A DNA stretch of 63,768 nucleotides, filler included, from an uncultured bacterium (GTDB lineage Bacteria > Hinthialibacterota > Hinthialibacteria > Hinthialibacterales > Hinthialibacteraceae): the NCBI GenBank assembly GCA_964449065.1. It is 11 parts of 11 records of this genome, joined end to end, with 100 filler letters (N's around TTAATTAATTAA, not from the genome) between each part and the next. Parts side by side here need not be neighbours in the genome. Positions count along the whole stretch, not along the records: positions 29,682 to 35,382 come from CAYVAZ010000331.1; positions 35,483 to 41,180 come from CAYVAZ010000332.1; positions 41,281 to 46,951 come from CAYVAZ010000333.1; 8 more parts are not named here. One strand, written 5' to 3'. The translations under genes and the position numbers were made by a program. Every line of letters begins with the position of its first letter. The stretch's first letter is position 1. The notes under the pieces are model-generated. The model had not been told where the DNA came from, ran no database searches, and saw only the letters and a program-made list of their open reading frames with translations. This document shows positions 33,381-43,232 of the stretch, piece by piece.

Positions 33381-33591
33381 TATCCCCGCATGTGGCTTCC
33401 GACCAATCTAAGGCTTCGGTTTCGCGTTTCGTATCTTTTGCCATTTCTTTATATGCCTCATCCAGATCACGGTGGGTTACATGCGGGCGTAGTAAATCCT
33501 CTACGAATTTATCCACACTATTCGGTTCGATCGTATCGTATAAAGCGTTGTATACGTTTTCATCAATTTGGATCGTAAGTTGTTTATTCAT
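33367..33591 (-). CDS. Putative antitoxin
   Basis: 74 aa, overlaps the toxin start. KQLTIQID (RHH-like) N-terminus and acidic YKEMA.D..RE.EA..W C-terminus. Confidence 0.8.
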   Translation of the reverse strand: MNKQLTIQIDENVYNALYDTIEPNSVDKFVEDLLRPHVTHRDLDEAYKEMAKDTKRETEALDWSEATCGDIEDE

Positions 33592-33642
33592 AATCTCTTC
33601 TCCATAATAGGTAGTATAATCTGGCTAAAGAGGATTACAAAA

Positions 33643-35217
33643 CTATTTTGGGATCTCCACTTTCGCGTCCAAAACACGTGTACCGTTAAAAATCAGTGGT
33701 ACCTCATAATGCTTCAGCCAGGGCTGCGTTACGATGTATTTTGCGCGGTACCAGAGAAAAATGGCAGGGGCTTGTTCAAAGATTACGGCATTGGCTTGTC
33801 TAAGTAGTTCTTCGCGTTTCTCAGGATTCTGCTCCTGCTGTGATGCTTCGATGAGGCTGTCTACTTTCGGATGACTTAACCGTGAACCGTTCACCAACCC
33901 GATTTGCGATGAGTGAAATAGCGGGTATAAAAAATTATCGCCATCGGGATAGTCTCCATACCAATTTTGAAAGCATAGATCGAACTCGCCGTCCAGCATC
34001 ATGCGTTTGTAGGTGACCCACTCCATCTGCTGCAAACGCACTTTGAGACCAAAGCGCTTCCATTCGGCTTGAATGATTTCACCCAATAACCGTAAGGCAT
34101 TATCGTTGGATGGAATCAGAAATATGAATTCTCTATCCATGCCTTTATAGTTCTCTATGACGTTTTGCGCTTCTTCCGGTTTGTAAGGGTAGGGTTCCCG
34201 GTTTGGGTCGTAACCCGTAATTCCTTTCGGAACCGGGCCGCTGGCGACCACACCGGCGCCTTCACGTACGGCATCCAGCATCAATTTTGTCTCAATTGTT
34301 TTGCTCAATGCCCGTCTGACTTCGACATGGTTGAAGGGTTCGCGTTCGGTGTTGAACAGCAGTTGATCCAGGACAAGTTCTTGCTCTAACCGGGTATGGT
34401 CTTTCCATTGGGGATGGGTTTTCCAGCGCAAGATTTCCGCTTCGGGCAGCGGTTCAATCGCGGCGATGTTTCCGGTTTCGAATTCGGCGATCATGGTGAA
34501 TTCGTTGGTTATGATCCGCAGCATGAGACGGGACATTGCGGGTTTTTCTTCTTTCCAATAATTCTCATTACGAACAAAGGAGACATACTGATCGTGTTTC
34601 CATTCTTCAAATATCCACGGCCCGCTGCCGACGGGTTGTTCGCTGAAGGGGATTCCCTTTGCTTCGGCTTTTTCGACTTCTTCACGGGGAACGATGGAAG
34701 CGGCCGGCATCGCCAGCATGTTGATGAAAGGGGTAAAGGGTTGATCCAGCTGAATCACCAATTCATGATCGCTCACTGCCTGGATTGATTCGACCCGTTC
34801 CAGCACCCAAGCCGAACGCGCGGCAGTTTTGGGGTCAAGCACCCGCTCGAATGAGTACACGACATCTCCGGCAACCACGGTTCTGCCGTTGCTAAATTTG
34901 GCGTTGGGATTGAGTTGAAAGGTGTAGGTTTTGCCGTCGGAAGAAATTTTCCACGATGCGGCCAAATCGGGATAGATGTTCGCGTCTTTATCAAACCGCA
35001 CGAGGTTGGAGAAAATGAATCCAATGAGTTTGCCATCCAAGAAGCCCCAGGTTAACGCGGGATCAAGCGTCGCGGGGTCTTTTTCATCGACCAGAACCAG
35101 CGTGCCGGGGTCGGGCGGCAGGACATAAAAGCGCCCATCTCCTGAAGGATTGCCGCATGAAGAGAAAAGAGAGACTGCGAAAAGAAATATTAATATCGGT
35201 CTGTACAGCATAGTCAT
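33643..35217 (-). CDS. ABC transporter substrate-binding lipoprotein, family 5
   Basis: Lipobox FSSC. TLDP, PDLA.SW, FSNG..V.A.DV.YS and PVGSGP motifs. Confidence 0.92.
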   Translation of the reverse strand: MTMLYRPILIFLFAVSLFSSCGNPSGDGRFYVLPPDPGTLVLVDEKDPATLDPALTWGFLDGKLIGFIFSNLVRFDKDANIYPDLAASWKISSDGKTYTFQLNPNAKFSNGRTVVAGDVVYSFERVLDPKTAARSAWVLERVESIQAVSDHELVIQLDQPFTPFINMLAMPAASIVPREEVEKAEAKGIPFSEQPVGSGPWIFEEWKHDQYVSFVRNENYWKEEKPAMSRLMLRIITNEFTMIAEFETGNIAAIEPLPEAEILRWKTHPQWKDHTRLEQELVLDQLLFNTEREPFNHVEVRRALSKTIETKLMLDAVREGAGVVASGPVPKGITGYDPNREPYPYKPEEAQNVIENYKGMDREFIFLIPSNDNALRLLGEIIQAEWKRFGLKVRLQQMEWVTYKRMMLDGEFDLCFQNWYGDYPDGDNFLYPLFHSSQIGLVNGSRLSHPKVDSLIEASQQEQNPEKREELLRQANAVIFEQAPAIFLWYRAKYIVTQPWLKHYEVPLIFNGTRVLDAKVEIPK

Positions 35218-35242
35218 TCTTTGTATGTGACTTACATATTAC

Positions 35243-35382
35243 TTACTCACGTTACGCACTACATTATGATATGCCCATTTTTCTAATCGTTCGCTGCATC
35301 TATCACCCTCTCCCACCGGGAGAGGGCCGGGGTGAGGGTTCGGGAGGAATAAACCTCTAATTACGCGACTGCGTCATGGGGA
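35243..35382 (+). repeat. Repeat family R1 copy at contig end
   Basis: Matches 5811-5900 and 57980-58120. Confidence 0.85.
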
Positions 35383-35482
35383 NNNNNNNNNNNNNNNNNN
35401 NNNNNNNNNNNNNNNNNNNNNNNNNNTTAATTAATTAANNNNNNNNNNNNNNNNNNNNNNNNNNNNNNNNNNNNNNNNNNNN

Positions 35483-35634
35483 CCGTACACGACCTGCTTT
35501 CGTTTGAGCGGCAATGGCTCAAGCGGGCGGAAAACGCGTATGAGTATGCCCGTCAGAATTTGGATATTCATCAATATGCGCCGGAATATAAAAAACTGTT
35601 TCTCAAGTATTCCGTAAGGCCGCGAAAAAAATAA
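35483..35634 (+). CDS. 3' fragment of a CDS, probably a GT-B glycosyltransferase
   Basis: Open frame ...RAENAYEYARQNLDIHQYAPEYKKLF...KK*, resembling the terminal helix of GT4-like enzymes. Confidence 0.5.
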
Positions 35635-35666
35635 GGAGAAACGTTAGTAAAAACCTTAATTTCTTG

Positions 35667-35695
35667 TTGATAAATTATAATTGTTTCGCTATAGT
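35667..35695 (+). promoter_or_regulatory. Putative sigma70 promoter of the pseudopilin gene
   Basis: TTGATA-N17-TATAGT, followed by SD GAGGAGG. Confidence 0.55.
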
Positions 35696-35731
35696 TTAAG
35701 GGTGTTGAGTTATCCTGAGGAGGAAATTGTT

Positions 35732-36361
35732 ATGGAAAAGCTGTTTTCAAAACGTGGATTTACTCTTATAGAGTTACTCATTGTTGTCGCCATCATCGGT
35801 ATTTTAGCGGCAATTGCTGTGCCCAACTTTTTGAATGCGCAAGTGCGCGCCAAAGTCTCTCGTTCGGTATCGGATATGAAAAATGTCGATACCTCGCTGG
35901 AAATGTACCGCATGGACAACAATACCTATCCACCATGGCGCAAAAACCGGGCGCTAGAATCCGGGGATCCGATACACCCAAACCAAATCCGGTTTTACCG
36001 TCTTACCACTCCTGTTGCCTATATGAGTTCGATCGCAAGAGATCCATTCGTGAACTTCAATGACTTTAGCGATTACGAAAAGTGGGGAACGGCTTATGAT
36101 TATGTGGATAACAATGATCCCGATGACGGTGGTCACTCCAACGCCTATTGGTATGCATGGCGCATCAACAGTTGGGGACCCGACGGTATCAATCACTGTG
36201 CCGGCACCTGCAATGGCGGGCCTGGGTGCCCTAACGGAAAAGCCCTGTTCTTGTATCAATCATCAAACGGTTTAAACAGTCTTGGCGACATCGTTCGTGT
36301 GGGGCCAAAAGGTGGAAACTTCCCCAATGTGGAATGCCATATTTCCAATAGCATCAATTGA
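35732..36361 (+). CDS. GspG-like pseudopilin
   Basis: KRG|FTLIELLIVVAIIGILAAIAVPNF, LTTPVAY..S...DPF, SWGPDG and SNGL.S.GDI motifs. Confidence 0.88.
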   Translation: MEKLFSKRGFTLIELLIVVAIIGILAAIAVPNFLNAQVRAKVSRSVSDMKNVDTSLEMYRMDNNTYPPWRKNRALESGDPIHPNQIRFYRLTTPVAYMSSIARDPFVNFNDFSDYEKWGTAYDYVDNNDPDDGGHSNAYWYAWRINSWGPDGINHCAGTCNGGPGCPNGKALFLYQSSNGLNSLGDIVRVGPKGGNFPNVECHISNSIN

Positions 36362-36379
36362 ATTTTGAAATTACACTGC

Positions 36380-36422
36380 AAAAAGCCCCACGTTGCAAGC
36401 CGGGGCTTTTTTTCGTTTTTTT
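36380..36422 (+). terminator. Rho-independent terminator
   Basis: AAAAGCCCC...GGGGCTTTT hairpin followed by a long T tract. Confidence 0.75.
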
Positions 36423-36495
36423 ACTTACGAAATATTGGAGGATTATTTGAAATTGTGCTACGATTCCCTAAACGTTCACTCCTGTACCTAAAACC

Positions 36496-37956
36496 ATGCA
36501 ACGAATCTTGCTTCTAATTTTGCTGGCATCTTTATGGTCGAATCAAGCTGCTCCTCAAACGGATGAGGCTGACAAAATCGATATGATTGAAAAACGTTTG
36601 CGCGCGTTGGAAAGCAAATTGGGCATCGAACCATCCGGGAAAAACCAACAAACACTGGATGCGATTTTAGAACGCTTGGAATCGCTGGAAAAAGCAGTCT
36701 TTGACCAAAAGCAGGATGATACCTCAGAACCGCAAACGGATGCAGAAGATACCGGTGAAGAAATGGAATGGCAAGAATGGACCGGAGACGAACCCGCATC
36801 CGCCGAAGAGGGTATGCAATGGCAGGAATGGACCGGCGAAGAAGACCTAGAGCAGTTTATGGATGAAATGCAGCCCGCCAGCAGCAGCGGTGGATATTTA
36901 GACCGCTATGGCTCACCGTTTGGATTGGAATTGAATGGGTATGGTGTGGCTTCATACACCTATAACCGGCAAACAAAAAAAAATTCATTTAGCGCGGACG
37001 GACTGGAACTGGATATCACCAAACGAATAACCGATTGGGCGATGTTCGGCGCGGATTTAGACTTCTTTAATGAAGGTCTTGACCCGATTTTCCCCGCATT
37101 TCGGCACGGCGGATTCGGCAGCGGGACGGGCGGTGGGATATACGGAACATCCAGCGGCGGCGACGATGACGATGACTTTATTTTAGAGCAACTTTTCGTC
37201 CGCAGCCGCGTGGCAGATAACGCCGAGATAACCGTGGGGAAATTTAACGTACCGGTGGGGTTGGAAAGCCGCGACCCCCACAGCCGTTACGCGGTCCGCC
37301 CCAGTTTGCTTTTTCCACTCTGGCCGCGTGATTTAACCGGGGTAATGGCTACCTATAAAGTTAACGAACAACTTTCGATCAGCCCCTACATCTTTAACGG
37401 ATTTGATTTGGATCAAAACAACAACGAGTCGTTCATTTACGCGCTTTATAACAACTATCAAATGACCGAAACCTTCAATATCGCCGCCACGGTCGCGTAT
37501 GGCCCTCCCCTTCCGGATAACAATTCGGATGACGCGTTGCTGCTGGATGCGGAATTCCGGTATACAGGTATTCCCAACACATGGCTTGGGCTGGAATACA
37601 TGTATGTTACTGCGGAGACAGACCACGTCGCTTCATTAACCCGGAACAATATATTTGATGTGCGGTATCAAGGATTTTTGGGGATGGCCCATTACGATTT
37701 TACCGATTTGTTCGGCGTTACCTTGCAATCCAGTTTTGTGAAGGATGAAGACGGCTTTATTTGGGGAGTGCCGCAAGACCGGTGGGAAATTTCCATTATT
37801 CCATCCCTGCAACTGACGGAAGCCTTTGAATTGCGGGCACAATATCAACACGTGCAAACGGATGCCTTGATGACCTTTTTGCAAAACGACGGCAGAACGC
37901 GTATACTGGATGATAAAAACGACATCTTTACACTTTCAGCAATCGTATCTTTTTAA
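36496..37956 (+). CDS. Outer membrane beta-barrel (putative porin) with N-terminal coiled-coil and acidic repeat
   Basis: Signal peptide, LEQ and TVGKFNVPVGLE motifs, amphipathic strands, terminal Phe. Confidence 0.75.
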   Translation: MQRILLLILLASLWSNQAAPQTDEADKIDMIEKRLRALESKLGIEPSGKNQQTLDAILERLESLEKAVFDQKQDDTSEPQTDAEDTGEEMEWQEWTGDEPASAEEGMQWQEWTGEEDLEQFMDEMQPASSSGGYLDRYGSPFGLELNGYGVASYTYNRQTKKNSFSADGLELDITKRITDWAMFGADLDFFNEGLDPIFPAFRHGGFGSGTGGGIYGTSSGGDDDDDFILEQLFVRSRVADNAEITVGKFNVPVGLESRDPHSRYAVRPSLLFPLWPRDLTGVMATYKVNEQLSISPYIFNGFDLDQNNNESFIYALYNNYQMTETFNIAATVAYGPPLPDNNSDDALLLDAEFRYTGIPNTWLGLEYMYVTAETDHVASLTRNNIFDVRYQGFLGMAHYDFTDLFGVTLQSSFVKDEDGFIWGVPQDRWEISIIPSLQLTEAFELRAQYQHVQTDALMTFLQNDGRTRILDDKNDIFTLSAIVSF

Positions 37957-37958
37957 TC

Positions 37959-38639
37959 ATGAAAACATCGAGTTTTTTTCTTGTGTTACTTTTCTTTTGT
38001 TCCATCAGTTGGGGAGCGGATATTTCCGGTACCGTAACCTTGAAGGAGAAAACTTTAACGGGCGAGCGGCAAGCCGAATCGGTTACCGGTGTAGCGGTTT
38101 ACTTGCTGCCGGTTGATGAAGCCACCATAGCCAAAATCAACGAATTGCCCGTCGCTTTTGAAATGCTCAACCAAAAGAACAAGCAATTTATCCCCCAGTT
38201 GTTGGTCGTACAAAAAGGGGCGGAAGTACGTTTCGGCAACGCCGATCCCTGGTTCCATAATGTTTACAGCAACGATCCCAAATTTGACTTGGGCCGGTAT
38301 CCCCGCGGCTTTTGGAAGAAACAGGTATACACCAAAACCGGGGTACACCATGTCTATTGCGATATTCACCCCAACATGCACGCGGTGGTGTATGTTGTAG
38401 ATACCCCTTATTACACACGGACGGATGAAGAGGGAAATTTCGTGTTGGCAAATATACAGCCTGGCAGTTACCAACTTGTTGCCTGGCAAATACGCTCCAA
38501 ACCTGTTGTAAGAGATTTGAGCGTAACGGATGAAGATATCACAGGCATTAAAATCAAAGTAACGGAAACACGGATCCAATCTGTTGAAGATGAGAAAAAC
38601 GCGCCCTATTCACGCTCGCTGCTTCGAAAATTAAAATAG
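37959..38639 (+). CDS. Periplasmic cupredoxin / carboxypeptidase-regulatory-like domain protein
   Basis: Q..KQF.P, N.D..FHNV, YCDIHPNM and TD..GNF....I.PG.Y...AW motifs. Confidence 0.8.
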   Translation: MKTSSFFLVLLFFCSISWGADISGTVTLKEKTLTGERQAESVTGVAVYLLPVDEATIAKINELPVAFEMLNQKNKQFIPQLLVVQKGAEVRFGNADPWFHNVYSNDPKFDLGRYPRGFWKKQVYTKTGVHHVYCDIHPNMHAVVYVVDTPYYTRTDEEGNFVLANIQPGSYQLVAWQIRSKPVVRDLSVTDEDITGIKIKVTETRIQSVEDEKNAPYSRSLLRKLK

Positions 38640-38641
38640 CT

Positions 38642-40567
38642 TTATCCGGTTTTCTGAGGCAATTTTACAAAAAACGTAGTCCCTTTTTCGACTTCGCTCT
38701 CGCAATAAATTTGTCCACCATGATCTTCAATAATCTTTTTACAGATATCCAGCCCCAATCCTAACCCTTTGTCTCCTTTGGTGGAGAAAAACGATTCCCA
38801 AATCTTCTCCCGATTCTCTTCCGGGATGCCGCAGCCGTGGTCTTCGACCTCAATCACCGCCATTCGGTTTTCTTTCTTCAACCGAATGTGTAAGATTCCC
38901 GCTTTCTCCATTGCATGGCCGCCGTTGCGGATCAGGTTGATGATTACCTGGCCGATACGTTGGTGATCACATTCTATTTCTCCCACATCTTCATACTGCT
39001 CATCGAGTTCGACATGCTTGAGTTCATTATCAAACCGGCAAAACGCCACGGTGCGTTTCAGTGTATCTTTTAACGGCTTTGTTTCGCGGGTGTATTCCAC
39101 ATTTTGGTTGGAGCGGGCGAAATTGCGGATGTCATCCAGCATGCGTAAAATATAATCGCGGGCATCCAGGATCATTTGGGTGTAGGTTTGTACCTGCTGG
39201 TCTTTGGGGTATTGCTGGCGGATCAGTTCCGCGGCCATACCAAAGCTGAGCTGATTGCGAATTTCGTGGTTGATAGCACTGGCAACCGAACCGATACTGG
39301 CCAGTTTTTCTTTTTGGATTAATTCATCTTGCAGGCTTTGGATTTGCTGAATCCGGTTGAGGATCGAAACCCGCATTTGTTCGAGTGTCTGCGAAAGAAA
39401 ACCCATCTCATCTTTCGAAGCGTATTCGATTTTGTATTCCAAGTTTCCGTTGGATAATTCGTTGGCCGCATCCACCAAAATATCGACCGGCCGGGTAACG
39501 CTTTTGGAGGTGAAGTAGCCGATTGCAAACCCGATCAGAAGCGTTACGGCTGCAATGAGAAGGATTGAAAGGTTGAGATCGTTTAAGAACGCGGATTCGG
39601 CCTCGGTTTTGGATGTAACCAGCAGTTGATAAGCAATGGTTTCACCGGCAGGGTTGGTCAGGTTCCAGTATTTGCCGGTCATTTCTTCGCCGAGGAAGTC
39701 AAAACTCAGTTCGGTTTGGCCGTTTTCACCATTCGTAGAAGCTTGGGGCAGTGAATCCATAAACGCTTTCATCATCACATCGCCGAAATTGTCGTTGCGG
39801 TTGGTTTTGATGTTGGTGGCGAGTCCCCTCCCGCTATGAGAAATAAATGTAATATAAATATCCCCAAAGCCGCTGCTTTCTTGCTGAATGCTTTCAATAC
39901 TGACCGTCTCGCGAATAAAATTGGAATCGAGTTTAATCCCTGTAGCGATATAGCCTAATATATCATTGGAACCGGTTCCGGTTTCTTCTTGTACATAATA
40001 GATCGGTTCCAATACGCCGTGATAGAGTTCATCCCCATAAATAAAGGGAGCATTGTTTTCTTGAGCGCCGGTTAAATCCCAAATGGGCAATTCGGAAGCA
40101 TTATTTGTGTGTATGGGCAGCCCTTGATCAAACAAGATGTTGCCGTTTACATCCAATAATAGCAAAAAATCCATATCCAATACATTGTCGAAGCGTCTCA
40201 GCATGGTTAAAACGACATCCCGTACCGTAGCCTGGGCGGATTGCACCAGCATTTCTTGTGTAATTGGCTCGTTGTCTTCTGCTTGTTGAAATTCAGAGGG
40301 GTCGAACTTGAATGATTCATAATACGTCAGTAAGGCTCCCTCTAAATCCCGCCTGCCGGAGAGCATTGCCCCTTTTGTGACTTGCGCGTCAATGGCATGA
40401 TACTGAACTTTGTCCAGCGTGTTATAGACCCGGCTGATCTGATCATCAATTACACGGCTCACTTGCTGCTGGATAACAGGAGTTGCCGCGAAATAGACTC
40501 CCGCGAGGGCTAACAGCAAGATTATGGATATGGAAAGAAAGATTTTGGTTCGAAATTTAAACTGCAT
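38642..40567 (-). CDS. Membrane sensor histidine kinase with HAMP domain
   Basis: Two TM helices, HAMP, HEIRN H-box, NLIRN, DHGCG and GLGLGL motifs. Confidence 0.92.
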   Translation of the reverse strand: MQFKFRTKIFLSISIILLLALAGVYFAATPVIQQQVSRVIDDQISRVYNTLDKVQYHAIDAQVTKGAMLSGRRDLEGALLTYYESFKFDPSEFQQAEDNEPITQEMLVQSAQATVRDVVLTMLRRFDNVLDMDFLLLLDVNGNILFDQGLPIHTNNASELPIWDLTGAQENNAPFIYGDELYHGVLEPIYYVQEETGTGSNDILGYIATGIKLDSNFIRETVSIESIQQESSGFGDIYITFISHSGRGLATNIKTNRNDNFGDVMMKAFMDSLPQASTNGENGQTELSFDFLGEEMTGKYWNLTNPAGETIAYQLLVTSKTEAESAFLNDLNLSILLIAAVTLLIGFAIGYFTSKSVTRPVDILVDAANELSNGNLEYKIEYASKDEMGFLSQTLEQMRVSILNRIQQIQSLQDELIQKEKLASIGSVASAINHEIRNQLSFGMAAELIRQQYPKDQQVQTYTQMILDARDYILRMLDDIRNFARSNQNVEYTRETKPLKDTLKRTVAFCRFDNELKHVELDEQYEDVGEIECDHQRIGQVIINLIRNGGHAMEKAGILHIRLKKENRMAVIEVEDHGCGIPEENREKIWESFFSTKGDKGLGLGLDICKKIIEDHGGQIYCESEVEKGTTFFVKLPQKTG

Positions 40568-40645
40568 TTCACCGCTCCGGTGTGGGTAAGATCGTGATGA
40601 CATTATACGGAAATTATTGTGGAAGTGCAGAAGAGAGCGTCATTT

Positions 40646-40769
40646 TAGAGTGTTACAGATTTGCGTAGTAGTTGTAGGATGCATAGGGGCACATAGGTGC
40701 ACATTGCAATGTGCACCTATACACGAATGCGAAATCAAATATCGGTTTATCCAACCCTGAAATGCTCTA
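40646..40769. mobile_element. MITE-like element enclosing a REP palindrome
   Basis: Ends TAGAGTGTTACAG and (reverse complement) TAGAGCATTTCAG match 10/13. Internal perfect palindrome ATAGGTGCACATTGCAATGTGCACCTAT. Confidence 0.5.
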
Positions 40770-40858
40770 ATAATGCAAAAGAAAAAGAATCAAACACCTA
40801 GAAGAAAACATCTTTAAGAGTAGAAAGGATTGGGTATAATGTGAAAAGAAAAACACAT

Positions 40859-40932
40859 GCGCCAGTAGCTCAGCTGGATAGAGCAACTGCCTTCTAAGCA
40901 GTCGGTCACAGGTTCGAATCCTGTCTGGCGTA
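40859..40932 (+). tRNA. tRNA-Arg(TCT)
   Basis: Acceptor GCGCCAG/CTGGCGT, anticodon arm ACTGC-CTTCTAA-GCAGT, T-loop TTCGAAT. CCA not encoded. Confidence 0.96.
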
Positions 40933-41037
40933 TTTTGATTTTACTTTACCTACGATACATCCAGTAAAACGCCGTTTTGAAAAGAAAAAATCGAGTAATT
41001 CCAGGATGTCAAAAGAAAGTGAGTTATTTTTCTTTTC

Positions 41038-41180
41038 GTAACAGGTCAGCGATATGAAGTGCATTTTCAAAAAATCGAATCGATTTTCTCATTCCTCCCC
41101 CAATGAAATGGGGGAGGCTAGGTGGCAATATCATTGACTTAATCAAGTTCCTGGCGGTTTTTGTAATAAATTAGAGCGTT
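41038..41180. repeat. One end of repeat family R4
   Basis: GTAACAGGTCAGCGATATGAAG plus CCTCCCCCAAT..ATGGGGGAGG hairpin. 41125-41172 also resembles 8456-8504 inverted. Confidence 0.65.
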
Positions 41181-41300
41181 NNNNNNNNNNNNNNNNNNNN
41201 NNNNNNNNNNNNNNNNNNNNNNNNTTAATTAATTAANNNNNNNNNNNNNNNNNNNNNNNNNNNNNNNNNNNNNNNNNNNNAGAGAGCCATAATCCGTAAA

Positions 41301-41488
41301 GTAATAAGTCAGCCGTTTGAAGAAAGTTTTCCCCTCCCAAGCCTGGGAAGGGTTAGGGGAGGGTTGATCCGGTTTTGTAAGAGAGTGTCTTACCCCCCCT
41401 CTTAACCCCCTCCTAACCTCCCCATTGCATTGGGGGAGGAATAAGGAACCTTTTTTTGATTTTTTACTTCACACCGCTGACCTGTTAC
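41301..41488. mobile_element. 188-bp MITE-like element (R4)
   Basis: 22-bp terminal IR with 18/22 identity (GTAATAAGTCAGCCGTTTGAAG vs GTAACAGGTCAGCGGTGTGAAG). Internal C-run/G-run hairpins. Confidence 0.6.
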
Positions 41489-41666
41489 GTTTCTTCTTCG
41501 CTATATCCCTCAAGGCTTTTTTTGAGGGTTCGTCACTTGTCATTGTTTTTAGGATGATAGAAACCGGGAAGCACCGGCTTTTAGCCGGTAAATGGATGTG
41601 CACTATAGATATCTACGCAAACCGGAATCGCTCTTGTGCGGTAGAGGGATCGAATGGAAGTGGAAA

Positions 41667-41954
41667 TCATCCGTTACCCAGATAATTCTTATTCATTCTA
41701 TACACAAATGCCAGCACTTCTGCCACCGCTTGGTACATCTCCGGCGGGATGGTGGCCGATAGATCTACCGTGCTTAACACTTCCACCAAATCGGGATCCT
41801 GATACATGGGGATGTTGTGCTCTTGCGCGATACGCAAAATCTCTTCTGCTATAGATCCTTGACCCTTTGCCACCAAGCGCGGCGCGTCATCTTCGCCCGC
41901 TTTATACTTCAGCGCGGCAACTTTTTTCCGTTCCGGCGGTGTTGCAAAATCCAT
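41667..41954 (-). CDS. Small FlhB C-terminal-like (EscU/YscU/HrcU family) protein
   Basis: AALKY, APRLVAKG.G..AE.I...A...IP and IPPEMYQAVAEVLAFVY motifs. Confidence 0.9.
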   Translation of the reverse strand: MDFATPPERKKVAALKYKAGEDDAPRLVAKGQGSIAEEILRIAQEHNIPMYQDPDLVEVLSTVDLSATIPPEMYQAVAEVLAFVYRMNKNYLGNG

Positions 41955-42232
41955 AATTGCCTACCGTTTCGTTTCCGGCGTTTGACTGATAGTGGTATTC
42001 CCTTTTTTCTGGAACCATAAGAAAACGTGTCAGTAATACCATTTCCAATTCGGATTGTTAATTTAGCGCGGTGAGAAGCCTCAGCGAAAGAAGGGCTTCG
42101 CACCTTTCTTACTTGACAATCCTAACTAACATCGGTTTAGGACCCTGTAAGCGATAGACGTACCGGTTTTCATTCTCAACAATCCAAAATGAAATCGGTT
42201 GAAACAAAAACCGCGCAATACTTGCATGGCGG

Positions 42233-43018
42233 TCAGGGTCTCACATGAAATGGTTCCAGCAGCCAGCCCACAGGATCAATCCCAAAAACCATATTCAGTC
42301 CCATTAACACCAGCAACGTATAGATCACGCGGTTAAACCACGTCTCGCTGATATGCTTGTTCATCCAAATCCCTGTAAATACCCCCAGCGGAACCAACGG
42401 CAGCAGCAGCAAACTGGTTTGCAATCGCGGCACATTGATCATATCCAAATAGAAATAGGATGGCAGCTTGGCAATGTTCACAATCGTAAACAACGTCACC
42501 GTTGTCCCAACAAACAAGCGTTTGCCCATATTTTGCGGAAGCAAATACATCGTCGCCACCGGCCCGGCGGCATGCGCCAAAGTGGACGTGACCCCGACAC
42601 CAAAGCCAAATCCCCACCCATGCCAAAACTTTGGATGATAGTCTTTCAACTCATCAAATATCCAACTCTTACCGTATTGATACAGCACAAACAACAAACA
42701 AATAATCCCAATCCAAAACTTGAGAGTGGCTTCGTCAATTCGTCCTAAGAAGAAACTGCCCGTGATGATCCCGACCATCACACCCGGCAGCATCCAAAGA
42801 ATGTTTTGCTTGGAAAACAACCTCCGGTAATGGTACAGCGCAAACCAATCGCAAACACACAGAATCGGCAACAATACTCCCAGCGCTTCATGCGGAGGAA
42901 TTACCAGCATAATAATCGGCACGGCAATAATCCCCACGCCCCCGCCAAAACCGGCTTTCGCGATTCCAACCACGACAACCGCGAATCCGGCGATAATGTA
43001 AGTGATCACTGCATCCAT
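42233..43018 (-). CDS. Sulfite exporter TauE/SafE (TSUP) family protein
   Basis: G.AKAGFGGG and HAAGP motifs, multiple TM helices. Confidence 0.88.
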   Translation of the reverse strand: MDAVITYIIAGFAVVVVGIAKAGFGGGVGIIAVPIIMLVIPPHEALGVLLPILCVCDWFALYHYRRLFSKQNILWMLPGVMVGIITGSFFLGRIDEATLKFWIGIICLLFVLYQYGKSWIFDELKDYHPKFWHGWGFGFGVGVTSTLAHAAGPVATMYLLPQNMGKRLFVGTTVTLFTIVNIAKLPSYFYLDMINVPRLQTSLLLLPLVPLGVFTGIWMNKHISETWFNRVIYTLLVLMGLNMVFGIDPVGWLLEPFHVRP

Positions 43019-43130
43019 GTTCTTTCCCTACGCGCAATCAGTATCCAACAGAATAGTCGCGCGATCCCCTGCATGTAAGCGTCGACTAAATGGTATCCGC
43101 AAGAAGCACAAACACAGTTTCAACCATGTA

Positions 43131-43164
43131 TTGCCACGAATTACCACGAATTGCCACGAATTGC
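43131..43164. repeat. Tandem 10-bp repeat (TTRCCACGAA)x3
   Basis: Read directly from the sequence. Confidence 0.8.
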
Positions 43165-43232
43165 GTCTTTATCTCTTCTTCAAAAAAAGTATGATGATAA
43201 AACGCAAATCCGAAAGGAATAGGTGATCTGCC

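Noticed and set aside
40933..41180. Integrated island at the tRNA-Arg 3' end
   Set aside because: No duplicated att site or integrase is visible before the contig ends.
41667..41954. Truncated flhB pseudogene
   Set aside because: Stand-alone ~95-aa FlhB C-terminal proteins are a known intact family.
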